Shown here: positions 51,795 to 64,000 of the stretch, piece by piece
Position numbering within the stretch: position 1 is the first letter of the stretch
Layout of the letters: every line of letters begins with the position of its first letter
NCBI GenBank assembly: GCA_002633005.1
Contig: NMRA01000246.1
Span: 543,598 to 607,597, forward strand
Length of the DNA stretch: 64,000 bases
Direction of reading: 5' to 3'
Origin: Phoronis australis
Lineage: Eukaryota > Animalia > Phoronida
The notes under the pieces: model-generated
What the model was told of the DNA's origin: nothing
What the model saw: the letters and a program-made list of their open reading frames with translations, nothing else
Database searches by the model: none
Translations under genes and position numbers: made by a program

Positions 51795-54700
51795 GTCACA
51801 CCAAAACAACAGGTGTTACGCTGGCTCAAAAAGATCCATTACGCACCCGAAATGATGTTTCAATTGTTCATTAATCAAACTCAAACTATATGTTTAACGT
51901 TATGAGTAATTACTGCTTATGATTCAGGAAAATATCCCTAGTGAAGATGCAAATACATTCAAATGCGTGATAATACATGTAGATTGATACTGCGCTATTC
52001 AGAAATTGAGCGGTCAGTTCTCGGAAAAAGCTCAAATCCCGAATCATTTCCTCAATAAAAGCTCCACTTGCCGAATGACGAAGTCATCGCAAGCGACCGT
52101 TTTTGCAACGGCACTTTCCGGTTTTGTCTTTAAAATAATTTAAACGTAGCGAACTGCAAATACTTCATTCGGAATGACTGGGCGAGAAGATCGTTTTATG
52201 AAGACCACAGTTCTAGTCTCATCAGATTTTTGTGTTTGGGAATGCCAACCGAAAACGGTAACAACACGTTTTGAAAACTCATTGTCTCGGTATCTTATGA
52301 AGAGGCCGGTACATAAAATGAAACCGAAATGTTATATTAGACAAATCTGACACTAGCGTTTTTGAGATTTAAAATTGAATATTTTTACTAAAATAAAATT
52401 TGTCCATGTAATTTATACCTAGAAATGTACGGTGGCATTTGGCTTACCTCAAAATCCAACTGCTGCATGGTAGTTTGGTAATTGGCCCAATTATGTTGCG
52501 CACCCAGCTGAATTAATGAGGAAAGTATTAATGTAACATTAAACAATCGCTTTGGGTTGTAAAAGTCACATTTCTTGTCCAATTTTCTAAGTTTTTAAAA
52601 ACCTCATCGTATGTGCTTTTCACGATCTTTTCAAATATGCTATTTACTTTCAAAACGAAAATTCAAAAACAATAAATCAGCATTTGCAGCGTTAGTCAAT
52701 TGACAGACAGCTACAGAGACAGCACTGGGGTTATTGAACTAACGATTGTGACAGGTACTGGATGTGACTGAAAATTTCATCACAAGTCAGGACTTCCCAG
52801 CACTGGGTGGAATATATTACGTAGGACGTTTTGTTTGGTAGATTTGTGAACGTACGGTCGAGATTAATAAAGTAATTAATCGAACCAGTCTTCAATCTAT
52901 CATCACACTGAAAGCTATTCCCGTCGGTCTGTAACAACCTGCGCCCACCCATCCGCATGGGAAAACGTGACAATAACATCACTTTAAAAAGCTGTTGCGT
53001 AGGTTCGCTAGACGACACTATAAATCAGGGTTGTTCAACAACTAATCTTTGCGAAATTAGGGGTAATAAACGTGAAGTAAACACCTTTCAGGGATAGTGC
53101 AAATTGAAAAATAAGTTAGGGTCTAAAGATGTCACACAATAGACTTTGAATCAATATTCACTATTTTACGTTTTTTTTGCCAAGTATGTCTGTCGTGTCA
53201 TCGCAAAAAGTTTTGTTTGGTAGAGATAAAAAGCAAACCGAACTTCAGTTAACGTGGGTAGTCATTTTACAGATTTTGGGAAATGGATAAACCATTTTGA
53301 ATTATTTTAGATGTTTTACATTATATCAAACGACTAAATGGTGAGTTATAAAGCGCCTTTCATTCTAGCGTCGACGCGTCGATGTCTTGGGGAGTTGCGG
53401 TCAATATGAACGTTAAACATCGGTCCTGGATCGAAGTTAACAGTGCTAGTTAACGTTGCAATAAACAGGTGGATTTAACAGTGGAGCGTCGACGTTGCGG
53501 TGCAGTATGAACGGTCAACTTCGGTTCCATGGAAGTTATAGCCAGGTCCCACGATTATCGTCAACAATTAAAGGGTAGTGTGGTCGCAAATAGTTGGTTA
53601 TAGTTTTTTCGAATAATCACCAATCTGATTAAAAATAAGTTTTGTGCCAATTACCACGAGTAAATGTTCCCAAAATTGTCTAATTAAAAAAATCTTAGCA
53701 TGCAGCACTACCTTACGATTACTTCGATTACAACAGCGTCATCTACCGTTTTTTCGAGGTCCGTTATGCACCGATTGGAAGCCGGTATGAAGGTTTAGAT
53801 AACTTCGCAGTTTACGTCGACACTCCGCTCAGACCGGAGTTAAATCAGTATTAAACGGCCTATCAAGTAGGAAATCTTCTGATGAACTGGATACACGGTG
53901 CAGTACGCTTATTATATATCTAGATCTAGCACTCGCGTGTACAAGTTGAGGTTATGCGAGATGTTAATAAAATGTGTTTAGTTTTAATTTTCGGAAAGGT
54001 GTGTTACATGTATATTTAGTGCAACGTTGAATATGTTGTACAAACTTATGATGTACGTTGTTTTTATATGTTTAATTAATAAATAAGTATTAGGCATGAA
54101 ACTCTGTCTATTACTTAAAAACAGCGTTACACGCTACCCTGATATAGACAGAATCAACAGGAATGGTGGTACCGGGGAATCCGCCTACGGGAATGACCAA
54201 AAATAAAACACAAGACCCAGAGACATACCAACATATTTGTATTTTTATTAGCTAAATACATATTCACCAAATAACGCATTTCATAGCCGATCAAATGCAC
54301 TCTCGACAATTTCTTAAAAGTCATTCTTAGAAGAGGTGGTTACCGTTTGAATACTGAGCATGGTTGAAAAGTAGGTGGCAACAGTATTCGCCCACATAGT
54401 CTCACCTGGAACGAGTATGCTTCCTAAATCGCATTATTATTAATTTATTCCGGTTAATGAGATGGACATGTTCAGTGTTTCAGACCCCAAAATGTGACAA
54501 CGACCGAGACCTTTAAAGAACTTTGGTCTCTAACTGGATTTCCTTGCATGGTATTGGTAACATTTTGGTTTCAAGCATATGAAATATACAAATCTCTACA
54601 AAGTTCATTACTGTCCTTATTCCGTACTATGTGATCATCTCTCTTTACTGTATTAAAAGCTGCTCTTTTGCGTCCTTGATTGTCTCTAGGAACCAGTTTC

Positions 54701-55735
54701 CTGTTAATCTTGTTTTCTAAGTTATTACGTGCTTGTAACACTTTGCCGGTGTTCCTTCCTACTTCAACTGTGACATGGGGCGCTGGAAATTGTGAACACA
54801 AAGCTCCTCTAACATTACTAATGTTTCCTTAGCAACTGCATCCTTGAGTTTAAAATGATTGTGAAGTGAACACAAAGACCATCTGGCATTGCAAGTTTTC
54901 CATGGGCAACTCCAAAAAATCTCTGTTACCCTATTCCTTGATTGCTTGACGAATGATTTAGAACGAGGCAGGAGATGTACTGACAAACTTCGCCTGGACA
55001 ATTTGAAAACCTTTGAGCAGTAATATACATGTAGCGTCGTGCTGTCGGGTGTGACGGTTTGATCATCAGACTGGCCGGAAAATTGGTACACGCAGGTAGC
55101 GGGTGCTTTTTATGTCCTTTTGTATCTCTCTGTCCTGCTTTTATGATATACCATCAAGTTGACCTTTGAACCACGTGGCACAGTGCCGTTATTCAAAATA
55201 ACTAGGCCTACGTAGGACATATTCGTCATGGCGGTAATTGCCGTGAAAGTGGTTATAAAGTCAATACGTTTTTGAAATTATGACATATGATTTAGCAAAA
55301 CATAAAGTCAAGTAATTTATTTGTATGCTTAGATAGCATGATGTACCACATATAGATTCCGTAAGCTGTATCACCGCAATGGGCTTTAGTCACATGATCT
55401 TAGTCGTCAGTTCATAGTGTCTAAATACTGAAACAAAGTTACCATTAGCAAATCAAAATTGGCACGGATGTAGAAAGTAACCAACTTTACTTGGCATCTG
55501 AAGCAAAACTTTGGGTGTGGTTGATCAAGATGTGTGAGATGTATAGAAAGTTGACAACTTTTCAGTAATGACAAAGCTCAAGTGGAAGTGCAAACATACT
55601 TGAGTAAATTCGTAATAAGTTCTAAGATATTTAATTGTTCCTTGTTACAGAACGCGATTGCACATGTCCTTATAAAGGAATTGTCTACCACAAAATGACA
55701 TTTTCAGTCTACTGTCAACGACGGTGTTGTTGTCA

Positions 55736-56694
55736 CATAGGCGGATTTAGGGGGGGCAGGGGGCCCGCCCCCCCCCCCCTTGGCTGCCGCAAAAAAAATA
55801 AAACAGAAAGAGCGTAGGGAAATGTTGAGTTTATTAATTAAACCCGGTAATTAAAATTATACAGATGAAAAAAGATTTAAATGTGTTCAGTTTTAGTGTT
55901 GGGGGGGCTCAAATCCAATTTCAAGTGCCAAATTCGGAACACGGCGCATTCGTAACGGCTCTCCCGCGATATCCCAGCGACAGGCAGTGGCGCTGCGCAC
56001 TACAACTCCGTTTCCGTCGTCTGCTCCACTGGGCAATGAAGAAAATTTACTTCATTTTTTTAAGAAAATGGAACCTGAGTGACGATGAAAAAACAGAAGC
56101 TGCTGGTAAGATGTGAATTTTAATCGAAGTCTTAGTGAATCACTCAGAAACTCGCAATACTCTCTTTACCAAACCTTATCTTAAGACGATTTCAAAAGCA
56201 ATCCCGTCATTATTGCCAACACGAAAAACGGATTTGGTCTTTTTGGCATTTGAAGACTATTTTAAATACGACAAATTTGTTAAGAATCGATGGCACAAAA
56301 TATAAAACGTGTAATAAGCATTACAAAAAGAAGTAGGTTTCGCGCGCAAACGCTGTGGACCATAAACAAGTAGGTCTAAGAAATTAGTAGTTAATCATGG
56401 TGGTGTAGTGGTAACGCACGCGCGCACTATTTGCCAGGTCGTGAGTTCGAGTCTTTGATACTTGCAGTTTTTCCTGTTTGACACGTTCTCCGTTTTTTTT
56501 TTTGCCTTTTTTTCTTGGATAATACTTCAGGAATCAAGGAAAATGCTTGATTTTTAGAGGTAAAAACAGAAAAATTTCATGGGCCTCCTCCCATTCGGTG
56601 CTATGCGCATCTACAATCGTGGTTCAGTTTGCGCAAATGCTTACAGCCGGACAAAATGTTGGCCCCCCCTTGTGATATCCTAGATCCGCCAGTG
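55736..56694. mobile_element. Non-autonomous TIR element (959 bp) with 5-bp TSD TGTCA; same terminal type as 11242-13539
   Basis: Left CATAGGCGGATTTAGG, right CCTAGATCCGCCAGTG; TGTCA at 55731-55735 and 56695-56699; G-run/C-run hairpin just inside the left TIR. Confidence 0.8.
56395..56470 (+). other. tRNA-derived (Pol III A-box/B-box) fragment inside the TIR element; not a functional tRNA
   Basis: TGGTGTAGTGGTAA at 56401-56414 and GAGTTCGAGTC at 56443-56453 at tRNA-like spacing, followed by a T-run. Acceptor and anticodon stems do not pair well. Confidence 0.55.
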
Positions 56695-57337
56695 TGTCAT
56701 CACCTACCACTACGCAAGCTATCTCTCCCTATTCCCAGTATCGATCGAGTCGTGACGTCAAATGGTCTTGTTTATTGAATCGATGGTATGAGATGAGAGT
56801 TGCATTAGTTACTGGACGGTCAGTACCAGCCGGCTACGATGCGTATACAGTATCGGCTGTTGGAGCTGACGTCGGCTTTGTGGAAACGGTCAAACTTCTA
56901 CAGTCTTGCATAAGGCAAGCATGTACGGATATTCTTCGGTCTAAGGAGTATCCATTGCTTTAGATTAAAAACATACTAGATGTTTGAGAACAAAATAGTT
57001 TTTTATGCAGAGTCAAGTCCTTGAGTTTCTCAAGTTACGATAAATGCGGTAAAATAACCGTGGCGTCTGCAATAATAAAGAATTAAAATATAAACTAAAG
57101 CGTTAGTAACTGACACATTGGGCACATTTGACTGAAAAGTTTGCAAACTATTTACCCAGTGAATTTGAAATGACCCCATATTACGAATGCCTAAAGAAAG
57201 CGTGAATAGATGCCAACAGTTTCAATCTTCTGGAATTTAATGCAATATAATTTTTTCGCCTCCTGGCTTCGTCTTCTGGGTGCCATTAAGCCGCGAGAAA
57301 GAGCCAGGCACCTCCGCAGGGTCGCGAAAACTACATT

Positions 57338-60300
57338 TAGTCGGTGGGCCAGATCTCGAAGCGTTCATCCTTGTGAGTACTCTGGTGGGGCAACCTAGTT
57401 TTTTCTATGTGGCTAGATAATATACCTATAAATCAAATTCCAAAAAGTTCCCACGCCTACACTTGCACATTTTTTTTTTAAAAAGGTGTTTTTGTTGCAC
57501 AAAATATGATGCACATTCCTGCCACTTGATGGCGCTTTTCTAGTGAATTGACCAATCAGAGAGCCAGATTGTATTGTTGTGCTTAGTTACTTCAATATGG
57601 CTGCTCCCATGGAATGTGATGTCTGTATAATTCAAGGTTTATCAAACAGCACAAAATTGTGATGTCAGAGCCTAAAGAAGCTTAGGAAAGCTTCCTGACG
57701 AAAGCTGATTGACTGTGGAACTCTGTAGATCAGTAGATCAAAAAGAAGAAGAGGTGTCACAAACGTTTGTGCAGAAAACAGCTGCATGCCCTGGTAGCCT
57801 ACACAGTATACTGCTGAGTGCTATAGACTAGAATACCAAGTGTCAGACCAGAAAATTGAAAGGACATAGAACGGCATAGCAACGTTTCAAGGCACCAACA
57901 GTAGTACTAAAGCTGAAGTTGCTGAAAGTGATACAGATGTTATCCAAGATTTCCCAAGAAAATCAATCACTTCCAAAATCTGAAACACCCAATTAACCTG
58001 AACAAGATAGGAACATTCTGAAACATGAGTGCATCATTTGTTAGCAGGAAAAGTACATTATGGGCCACATTTCAAGAAAGAGAAAGAAGTATAGCTTTCA
58101 AAAACAGGTACGTGTTTTTTAAAAATACATCTTGGTGTTTTCCATGTGTGTTTCAGTATTATCACCAGTTGTTTTTTAACTTGTTCAGCCCCTTGGCTGC
58201 CTAGGCCTTAGACAATACTGCTGACCCAGTAGAGACGATGATCATACCATAGGTACTTCATATGCCGGATACTTTTCGGCAAATTATGTTCCTATAAGTT
58301 TAGAAGTACCGCGTAGAGAGATGCCTCTGAGGAGGTCGTTAATGCTTTCATTTGTTCCCAGTTTAAACAAATACTCCTGCAATCCTGTTTTTCGAACACT
58401 CCATTCACTTGCCACATCGACACTGCTTGCGCTAAGGGATAATCCTTTGGCGTTATATTGTGGGTGTGATTTTAAAGCACTTTAAGTCAAAAATTTTTGA
58501 GAAGGTTAAATGGAGTAGATGGTTGCAAACAACATGCCCAAGTGGCCGTCATCCCCTGCCGTAGTTTCAATTTTTTGTAAACATTAATTACTTAGGTAGC
58601 TGCAATGATAATTAAATTAAAGTGCCTAAGTGGCCATCGTCGCCGTCGAAATTTGAGGACGATGGAAGGCATTGTCCATTTCGTCAAACGTCGATTACCT
58701 TAAGTGTAAATCGATTGACTATGGTTTGAGCATCTGATTTAAAAAAAAAATGAATTTCAATCACTGCACTGGTATATCAGCTGATTTACTTTCAGTTGCA
58801 TCAACTGATCTAATTATTAGACGATCAACATTATTAGGCTACAGATCAGACGGCATGTAAATTTGTTAGGCTGGTGGTGGATCAGTTCCTGAAAAGTCCG
58901 TCTGAAAATGTTGCATGCCAACTCACTCATATTTGAATGTTAAATTCGTGTTAACAGTTCGGGTTTTTTTTCAGTTGGACTTGTATCGCAAGCAACAGCT
59001 CAGTCCAGAGCCTTGAATATGCAAATGAAATTCAAAGATAAAGAATGTGTCTTAGAAGCCAAGTACCANCAGACGGCATGTAAATTTGTTAGGCTGGTGG
59101 TGGATCAGTTCCTGATAAGTCCGTCTGAAAAAGTTGCATGCCAAATTACTCATTGTTGAATGTTAACAGTTCGGGTTTTTTTCAGTTGAACTTGTATCGC
59201 AAGCAACAGCTCAGTCCAGAGCCCTGAATATGCAAATGAAATTCAAAGATAAAGACCTTGTGTCTTAGAAGCCAAGTACCACAGATCATCATGCTATAAA
59301 AAATAGAAAGACAACGATTGTGAAGAGTGACGAATTCACAGAGATGTTTTTCTACAGTTTTGTTTGGAGTTCATTGAATCGAAGCTTCTAACACAAGATG
59401 TCATTTGCCTTTCAAAACTAAAGCAACACTTTGAAGCTGTTCGTCAGAAAGCTGGTGTGCATGAAGTTATTTGGACAGGCAATCTTCAGAAATATTGTTG
59501 AAGCTACTCACTGTTGTAGTTTGTGCCCGACTAAGAGATATGAAAGTGAATTGAGGCTAGTGTTCAATAATTCACTTGCTGACTCTAATTAACACAGCCC
59601 ATTGTAACATATTTTGAATCAAATGTTTGCCCAAATAGTGCCCGCCTCCAAACAAGGACTTAGTGTTTGACCCTTCATTGCCTGCAGGCTAATCACCAGT
59701 GTGCAGTGCTGTACCCTCTCTAATCGACCACAGTTGGCTCCTTGGCGTGGAGTTTTGCAGTTAATATGTATGGCAATGACCGCATCTCCATTGACAGTAC
59801 TAAACGATGAACGCTGCAAGTGCAAAAAGAACATGTTTGCTGGGAAACTGAGTTTGTGCTGCAATGCTGGGTCAAACTGTACAGAAATGTGCAGCTGTGA
59901 CAACTGTAGTAACATCAGCAACACTGACTGCATAACATTGGATAGTTCTTGGACAAGTCAACCCGTTATTTCCTTTTTTGTATTAAAAAGTTGATTTTAT
60001 TTGTTGATTAAGTCATAGAAAGTACATACTTTGATCATTGTCATGTATTTGTCTCATACTGCTTGGTAAACGCTGTCAGAATAATCTATTATTTTCATAC
60101 AATCTTTGTGCACATTCACAGAGATCATTCAACAATATTGTTTTTGTACTATAAGGTATTTCTGGTGTATTATGCAAACAAGCTGTATTTTACACCATTA
60201 GTCAATGTTTTAGTCATTTTGGCACAAATTTTGCCCAGTCTCAAGTGTTTTGTGTTATTTTTGTTGCCTGACAATGCCAGAATAACTTCCTAGTAAGACT

Positions 60301-60683
60301 CAGACTTAGTTTGCATTTTTGCCACTAGGTGTCTCTTTACATTTTTTAAATTTCACTGTTTACAATTAATTTCCAATAGTAAAACATGTAATGTGAGTGT
60401 AATATTGTTCAATACAATGGCACTGACGGAACCATATTACTTGTTTTACAAAAAAGTCACCAAAGCTGTTGTTTTTACAAATATAAGTTTACTAAGCTCT
60501 TTGGTGATTATTAGGTAACTTCAAACTCAAATTTCTCAAAAATGTGCAACTTTATATGTGGAAACTTTTTAGATTTTGAAAACACTCTAATAAATGAATT
60601 AAAAAACACCAAAATAAAATTGCCCCCCTAAAGTACTCACAAAAACCATTTTCTAGAGGCCCTACAAAATCTGGCCCACCGTA
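57338..60683 (+). mobile_element. Degenerate Academ-like DNA transposon
   Basis: Imperfect TIRs TAGTCGGTGGGCCAGAT...GTGAGTACT...GGGGCAA and TTGCCCCCC...AGTACTCAC...ATCTGGCCCACCGTA. Decayed coding pieces ECIIC (~58027), DKDL..EAKYH..CYK (~59250-59300) and a C-terminal Cys cluster RCKCKKN...CCNAGSNCTEMCSCDNCSN (59811-59915). The superfamily assignment is from memory of Academ architecture. Confidence 0.6.
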
Positions 60684-60689
60684 ATCAGC

Positions 60690-60850
60690 ATTAACATAGA
60701 CTCCTCTGCCACAACGCTCTCTTAAATAGGGAACAAGGCCACTCACAAAACGCGGGCTTAGAATGCACCCTTGCCTGACACCGATTTTACAACTAAAATT
60801 TGGAGTAGTGTGTTTGCGATTTTTAACTCCCAATTAACGACAGGACATTT
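60690..60850 (-). mobile_element. Short non-LTR retrotransposon reverse-transcriptase fragment
   Basis: FSCKIGVRQGCILSP motif in ORF 60552..60833. Confidence 0.7.
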
Positions 60851-61387
60851 TTTGTGAGTACAGAGGGCTTAGGTGTGGGCAGACGGCTTATTATTTTTGG
60901 CAATTCAAAGTTATTACTATCGTGGCTGTGGTTGCAACCCCCGGTCACAATTACTCATTTACAATTTATATGTAAATATATGGGTCAAATGGGTCTCTTG
61001 TACCAGCTATTGCTAGGTAAATTACCAGCGTTTCACTCGTGTTGTGGCCTGCAGTGCGTTGGCGGAGTGAACTAAAGCACTCGTGTCCACGGCCCCCGAT
61101 GTTTTTCTCGCTTAGTTTCTACCTGAAATTAAGATCAACTGAATTCAATGTTACAGTATTAACTTCACTACTTATGTTTCAGGGGAAGTTGTGAAGTTGT
61201 GAGGAAACAACCGGATAAAAGATTGGTAAATGAGTAAGTTTGTCATTTCTTGCAAGTCCACCTTCACTATCCTATAGTATCTAACTTTGTTCAATTGATA
61301 TCTCGCGCTGTGTGCGGGTGTATGGATGCATGGGTGTGCATGTTATGCTCCAACGACACGTGCCGTGATCACTATCTTCCCGTTAAT

Positions 61388-61496
61388 TAACGTATGCGAC
61401 AAGCTCATCATTGACTCCCTGTACCGTGCACTCCCGGCCCGTAACGTATGCGACAAACTAATTACTGACTCCCTGTACCTTGAACTCCCGGCCCGC
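61388..61496. repeat. ~54-bp tandem duplication
   Basis: TAACGTATGCGACAA...TGACTCCCTGTACC.TG.ACTCCCGGCCCG occurs twice. Confidence 0.85.
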
Positions 61497-61564
61497 AAAA
61501 CAGTGACATTCGTACTTACAGTTTACTTAACCTTCACCCGAGTCACCTGTCAGTCATTGAGGAC

Positions 61565-63688
61565 TGTTGTGTTCGTAGAACCAGTAAAACAACACAGATG
61601 AGAGTAAAATATAATACATCTATTCACTTGGAGAACTAATACAAGAAGGGGACGAGTACGTGGCTTGTGGGCATAAATACCACGTGACTATATTCTAAGG
61701 AAAACCACAAGTAGCATTGCCAATACACAACATCCCTCTACCCTTAGCTAACTACTGCAAACGTAAATAAACATGGAGGAACACTTCAAACTAAACACAA
61801 ACATGCATGTAACACACTGTCAACAGTGTTGTTTGTAAAACGATACTAAGTGTCCAGTCATAACTAAAACGATGTATTACACTGCTGTTTGCTGTAAGGT
61901 GATCCTACTGATGACTGAAGCTAGTTATAATAAGTAGTAATTAAAAGTTCAGCCTGTCTGGTTGNNNNNNNNNNNNNNNNNNNNNNNNNNNNNNNNNNNN
62001 NNNNNNNNNNNNNNNNNNNNNNNNNNNNNNNNNNNNNNNNNNNNNNNNNNNNNNNNNNNNNNNNNNNNNNNNNNNNNNNNNNNNNNNNNNNNNNNNNNNN
62101 NNNNNNNNNNNNNNNNNNNNNNNNNNNNNNNNNNNNNNNNNNNNNNNNNNNNNNNNNNNNNNNNNNNNNNNNNNNNNNNNNNNNNNNNNNNNNNNNNNNN
62201 NNNNNNNNNNNNNNNNNNNNNNNNNNNNNNNNNNNNNNNNNNNNNNNNNNNNNNNNNNNNNNNNNNNNNNNNNNNNNNNNNNNNNNNNNNNNNNNNNNNN
62301 NNNNNNNNNNNNNNNNNNNNNNNNNNNNNNNNNNNNNNNNNNNNNNNNNNNNNNNNNNNNNNNNNNNNNNNNNNNNNNNNNNNNNNNNNNTTTGTGCAAA
62401 TGTTTGACCACACATCTTCATTGACCACACTGAACTTGGCCCCAGTGTCTAATTCCATAGAAACAATCTGTCCATTGATAATAATGTCCACCATGTGTGG
62501 CGGATCAGCACTGGGTGTGGACTTGCTGTCTATATATGCCATGCATATTGTTGTAAACAGTCGAGCGATCTGACTGATCACTTCCGAGCCAATTCGTGGA
62601 ATTGGCCCTACCTCGTGGAGGCTTTGCGGTCGGTTTTGAGCGACATTAAGACTGAAAATGATTTAGAATATCGCAGTGGTGACATTTCTCTCCCCATGCT
62701 GGGCACTTTCAGCTATCCGTACACTGTCCCCCACAACCAACACACTTTTGTGCTTTTCCACGGTTCCCACATTTGTGATTGTGCCGGTACGGCTGTATGT
62801 GAGGAACAGGCTGTTTTCCACGCACTTGGTTCGTAGTAACAGTACGTACAATTTGTGGGGCCATCGCCAATTCACTTGTTGGTTTGCCGCTTCTTGCGTG
62901 CGTCCATAAGTTAATAAATCCGCAACGCTATTCTTAGGTTCCGTGAGTCCTTTATGGCGCACTTTCCCCATCGTAGTCTTTTGAATAATCTGTGATTTGA
63001 TGTCCCGATCAACGTCGGCGAAATCGCAATGTTTCGCAAGCGTCCGTAGCTGAGCGCAAAACATGTCTAACGTCTCCGACGTGGTTTGGGTGGCTTGTCG
63101 GAATTGGTAAACTTCATATTCTGTATTCCGCTTCAGCGAAAAATGGTCCGAAAGTTTTTTTTCCATTGGTCGTATGTCTCATTTTCTTCCGTAGGAAGAG
63201 AATCATTTACTGACAAAGACTTCCTCCCCCGCATAGTGCAGAAGCGTGGCTTTCTTGCGCGGATCCTGAGTAATGTTCTTTGCCACCAAATAATTGTCAA
63301 GTCGCTTAATCCACAATTCCCAACGGGAACCAGCCGACTCCGTGGGATGAAGAATAAATGATTTATTCGCAAGATCTTCCATTTTTATCGTCGTCGCCAA
63401 AATGTTGTGTTCGTAGAACCAGTAAAACAACACAGATGAGAGTAAAATATAATACGTCTATTCACTTGGAGAACTAATANTTAATCGCAAGATCTTCCAT
63501 TTTTATCCTCGTCGCCAAAATGTTGTGTTCGTAGAACCAGTAAAACAACACAGATGAAAGTAAATTATAATACGTCTATTCACTTGGAGAACTAATACAA
63601 GAAGGGGATGAGCACGTGGCTTGTGGGCATAAATACCACGTGACTATATTGTAAGGAAAACCACAAGTAGCATTGCCAATACACAACA
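61565..63688 (-). mobile_element. Ty3/gypsy (Mag/K02A2.6-like) LTR retrotransposon with 168-bp LTRs, spanning an assembly gap
   Basis: LTRs TGTTGTG...CACAACA at 61565-61732 and 63521-63688 (partial third copy 63402-63479). PBS TGGCGACGA next to the right LTR and polypurine tract AGGGTAGAGGGA next to the left LTR, both on the minus strand. Gag RWELWIKRLDNYLVAKNI...KKATLLHYAGEE / EVYQFRQATQ...LRTLAKHCDF and protease MELDTGAKFSVV, frameshifted. Confidence 0.9.
61965..62390. other. Assembly gap (N run)
   Basis: Run of n characters. Confidence 0.99.
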
Positions 63689-64000
63689 ATCGTGTACTTC
63701 ACCTGTTCCCAGGATGAAGTCTCCGAACTCATTTCAGACTCAGACTCGAAACTTTACCAATTTGACTACAAATCTGTAAGCATGTCTTGCAATTTGTCGG
63801 TTTTCCAATTGATTTTTTTTTCAATTCAGAGATTATACCCTGTGCTCTAGATGAATCATAATGTTAATCTATGTTGCTTGTTTAACATTAGCCTTGTTTG
63901 TCAACATGTGACTCAATCATATTTCTTGCTCCACCTGCCTACAGGTAACCCTGTTGTCGGTGAGAGTGGCGAGCTCGTTTGTACTAAACCGTTTCCCTCC

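Noticed and set aside
53365-53545. Locally duplicated GCGTCGACG...TATGAACG...GAAGTTA unit
   Set aside because: Two diverged copies without termini or TSD; probably an unclassifiable repeat fragment.
54125-55110. Decayed coding-like segment with weak CAC(C)GCTACC inverted ends
   Set aside because: No recognisable domain, TIR match too short and no TSD found.
56395-56470. Functional tRNA gene
   Set aside because: No proper acceptor or anticodon stems; only the promoter boxes remain.
58846-59280. ~220-bp direct duplication inside the Academ-like element
   Set aside because: The junction coincides with a single 'n' (59069); probably an overlap of two contigs or haplotypes.
63361-63600. Apparent tandem double LTR/PBS
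   Set aside because: The duplicate is split by an 'n' at 63480; likely an assembly artefact.

Overview
AT-rich, intron-containing animal DNA, most likely from a marine lophotrochozoan invertebrate (inferred from the gene content). Left to right: (1) the 5' half of a divergent DNAH5/DNAH8-type outer-arm dynein heavy chain gene on the minus strand, encoded by one apparently uninterrupted exon of >7 kb that runs off the left edge; (2) a decayed Ty1/copia remnant and a 5-bp-TSD TIR element; (3) two 6-exon calaxin (EFCAB1/CLXN-like) paralogues arranged head-to-head, with 378 bp between their start codons; (4) a multi-exon minus-strand gene for a secreted chitin-binding (CBM14) + LamG protein resembling Pif/BMSP-family matrix proteins, with a TATA/Inr promoter; its introns hold an internally deleted Kolobok transposon (THAP transposase start plus a P2X7-ballast-like KolX start), a LINE tail, MITEs and an inverted pair of minimal hammerhead-like motifs; (5) a repeat-rich right end with a MITE carrying a tRNA-like cassette, an Academ-like relic and a short-LTR gypsy element spanning an assembly gap. 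The most notable observation is the physical clustering of an intron-poor dynein paralogue with two copies of its known Ca2+-sensor partner. All calls were made by eye; no database searches were run.
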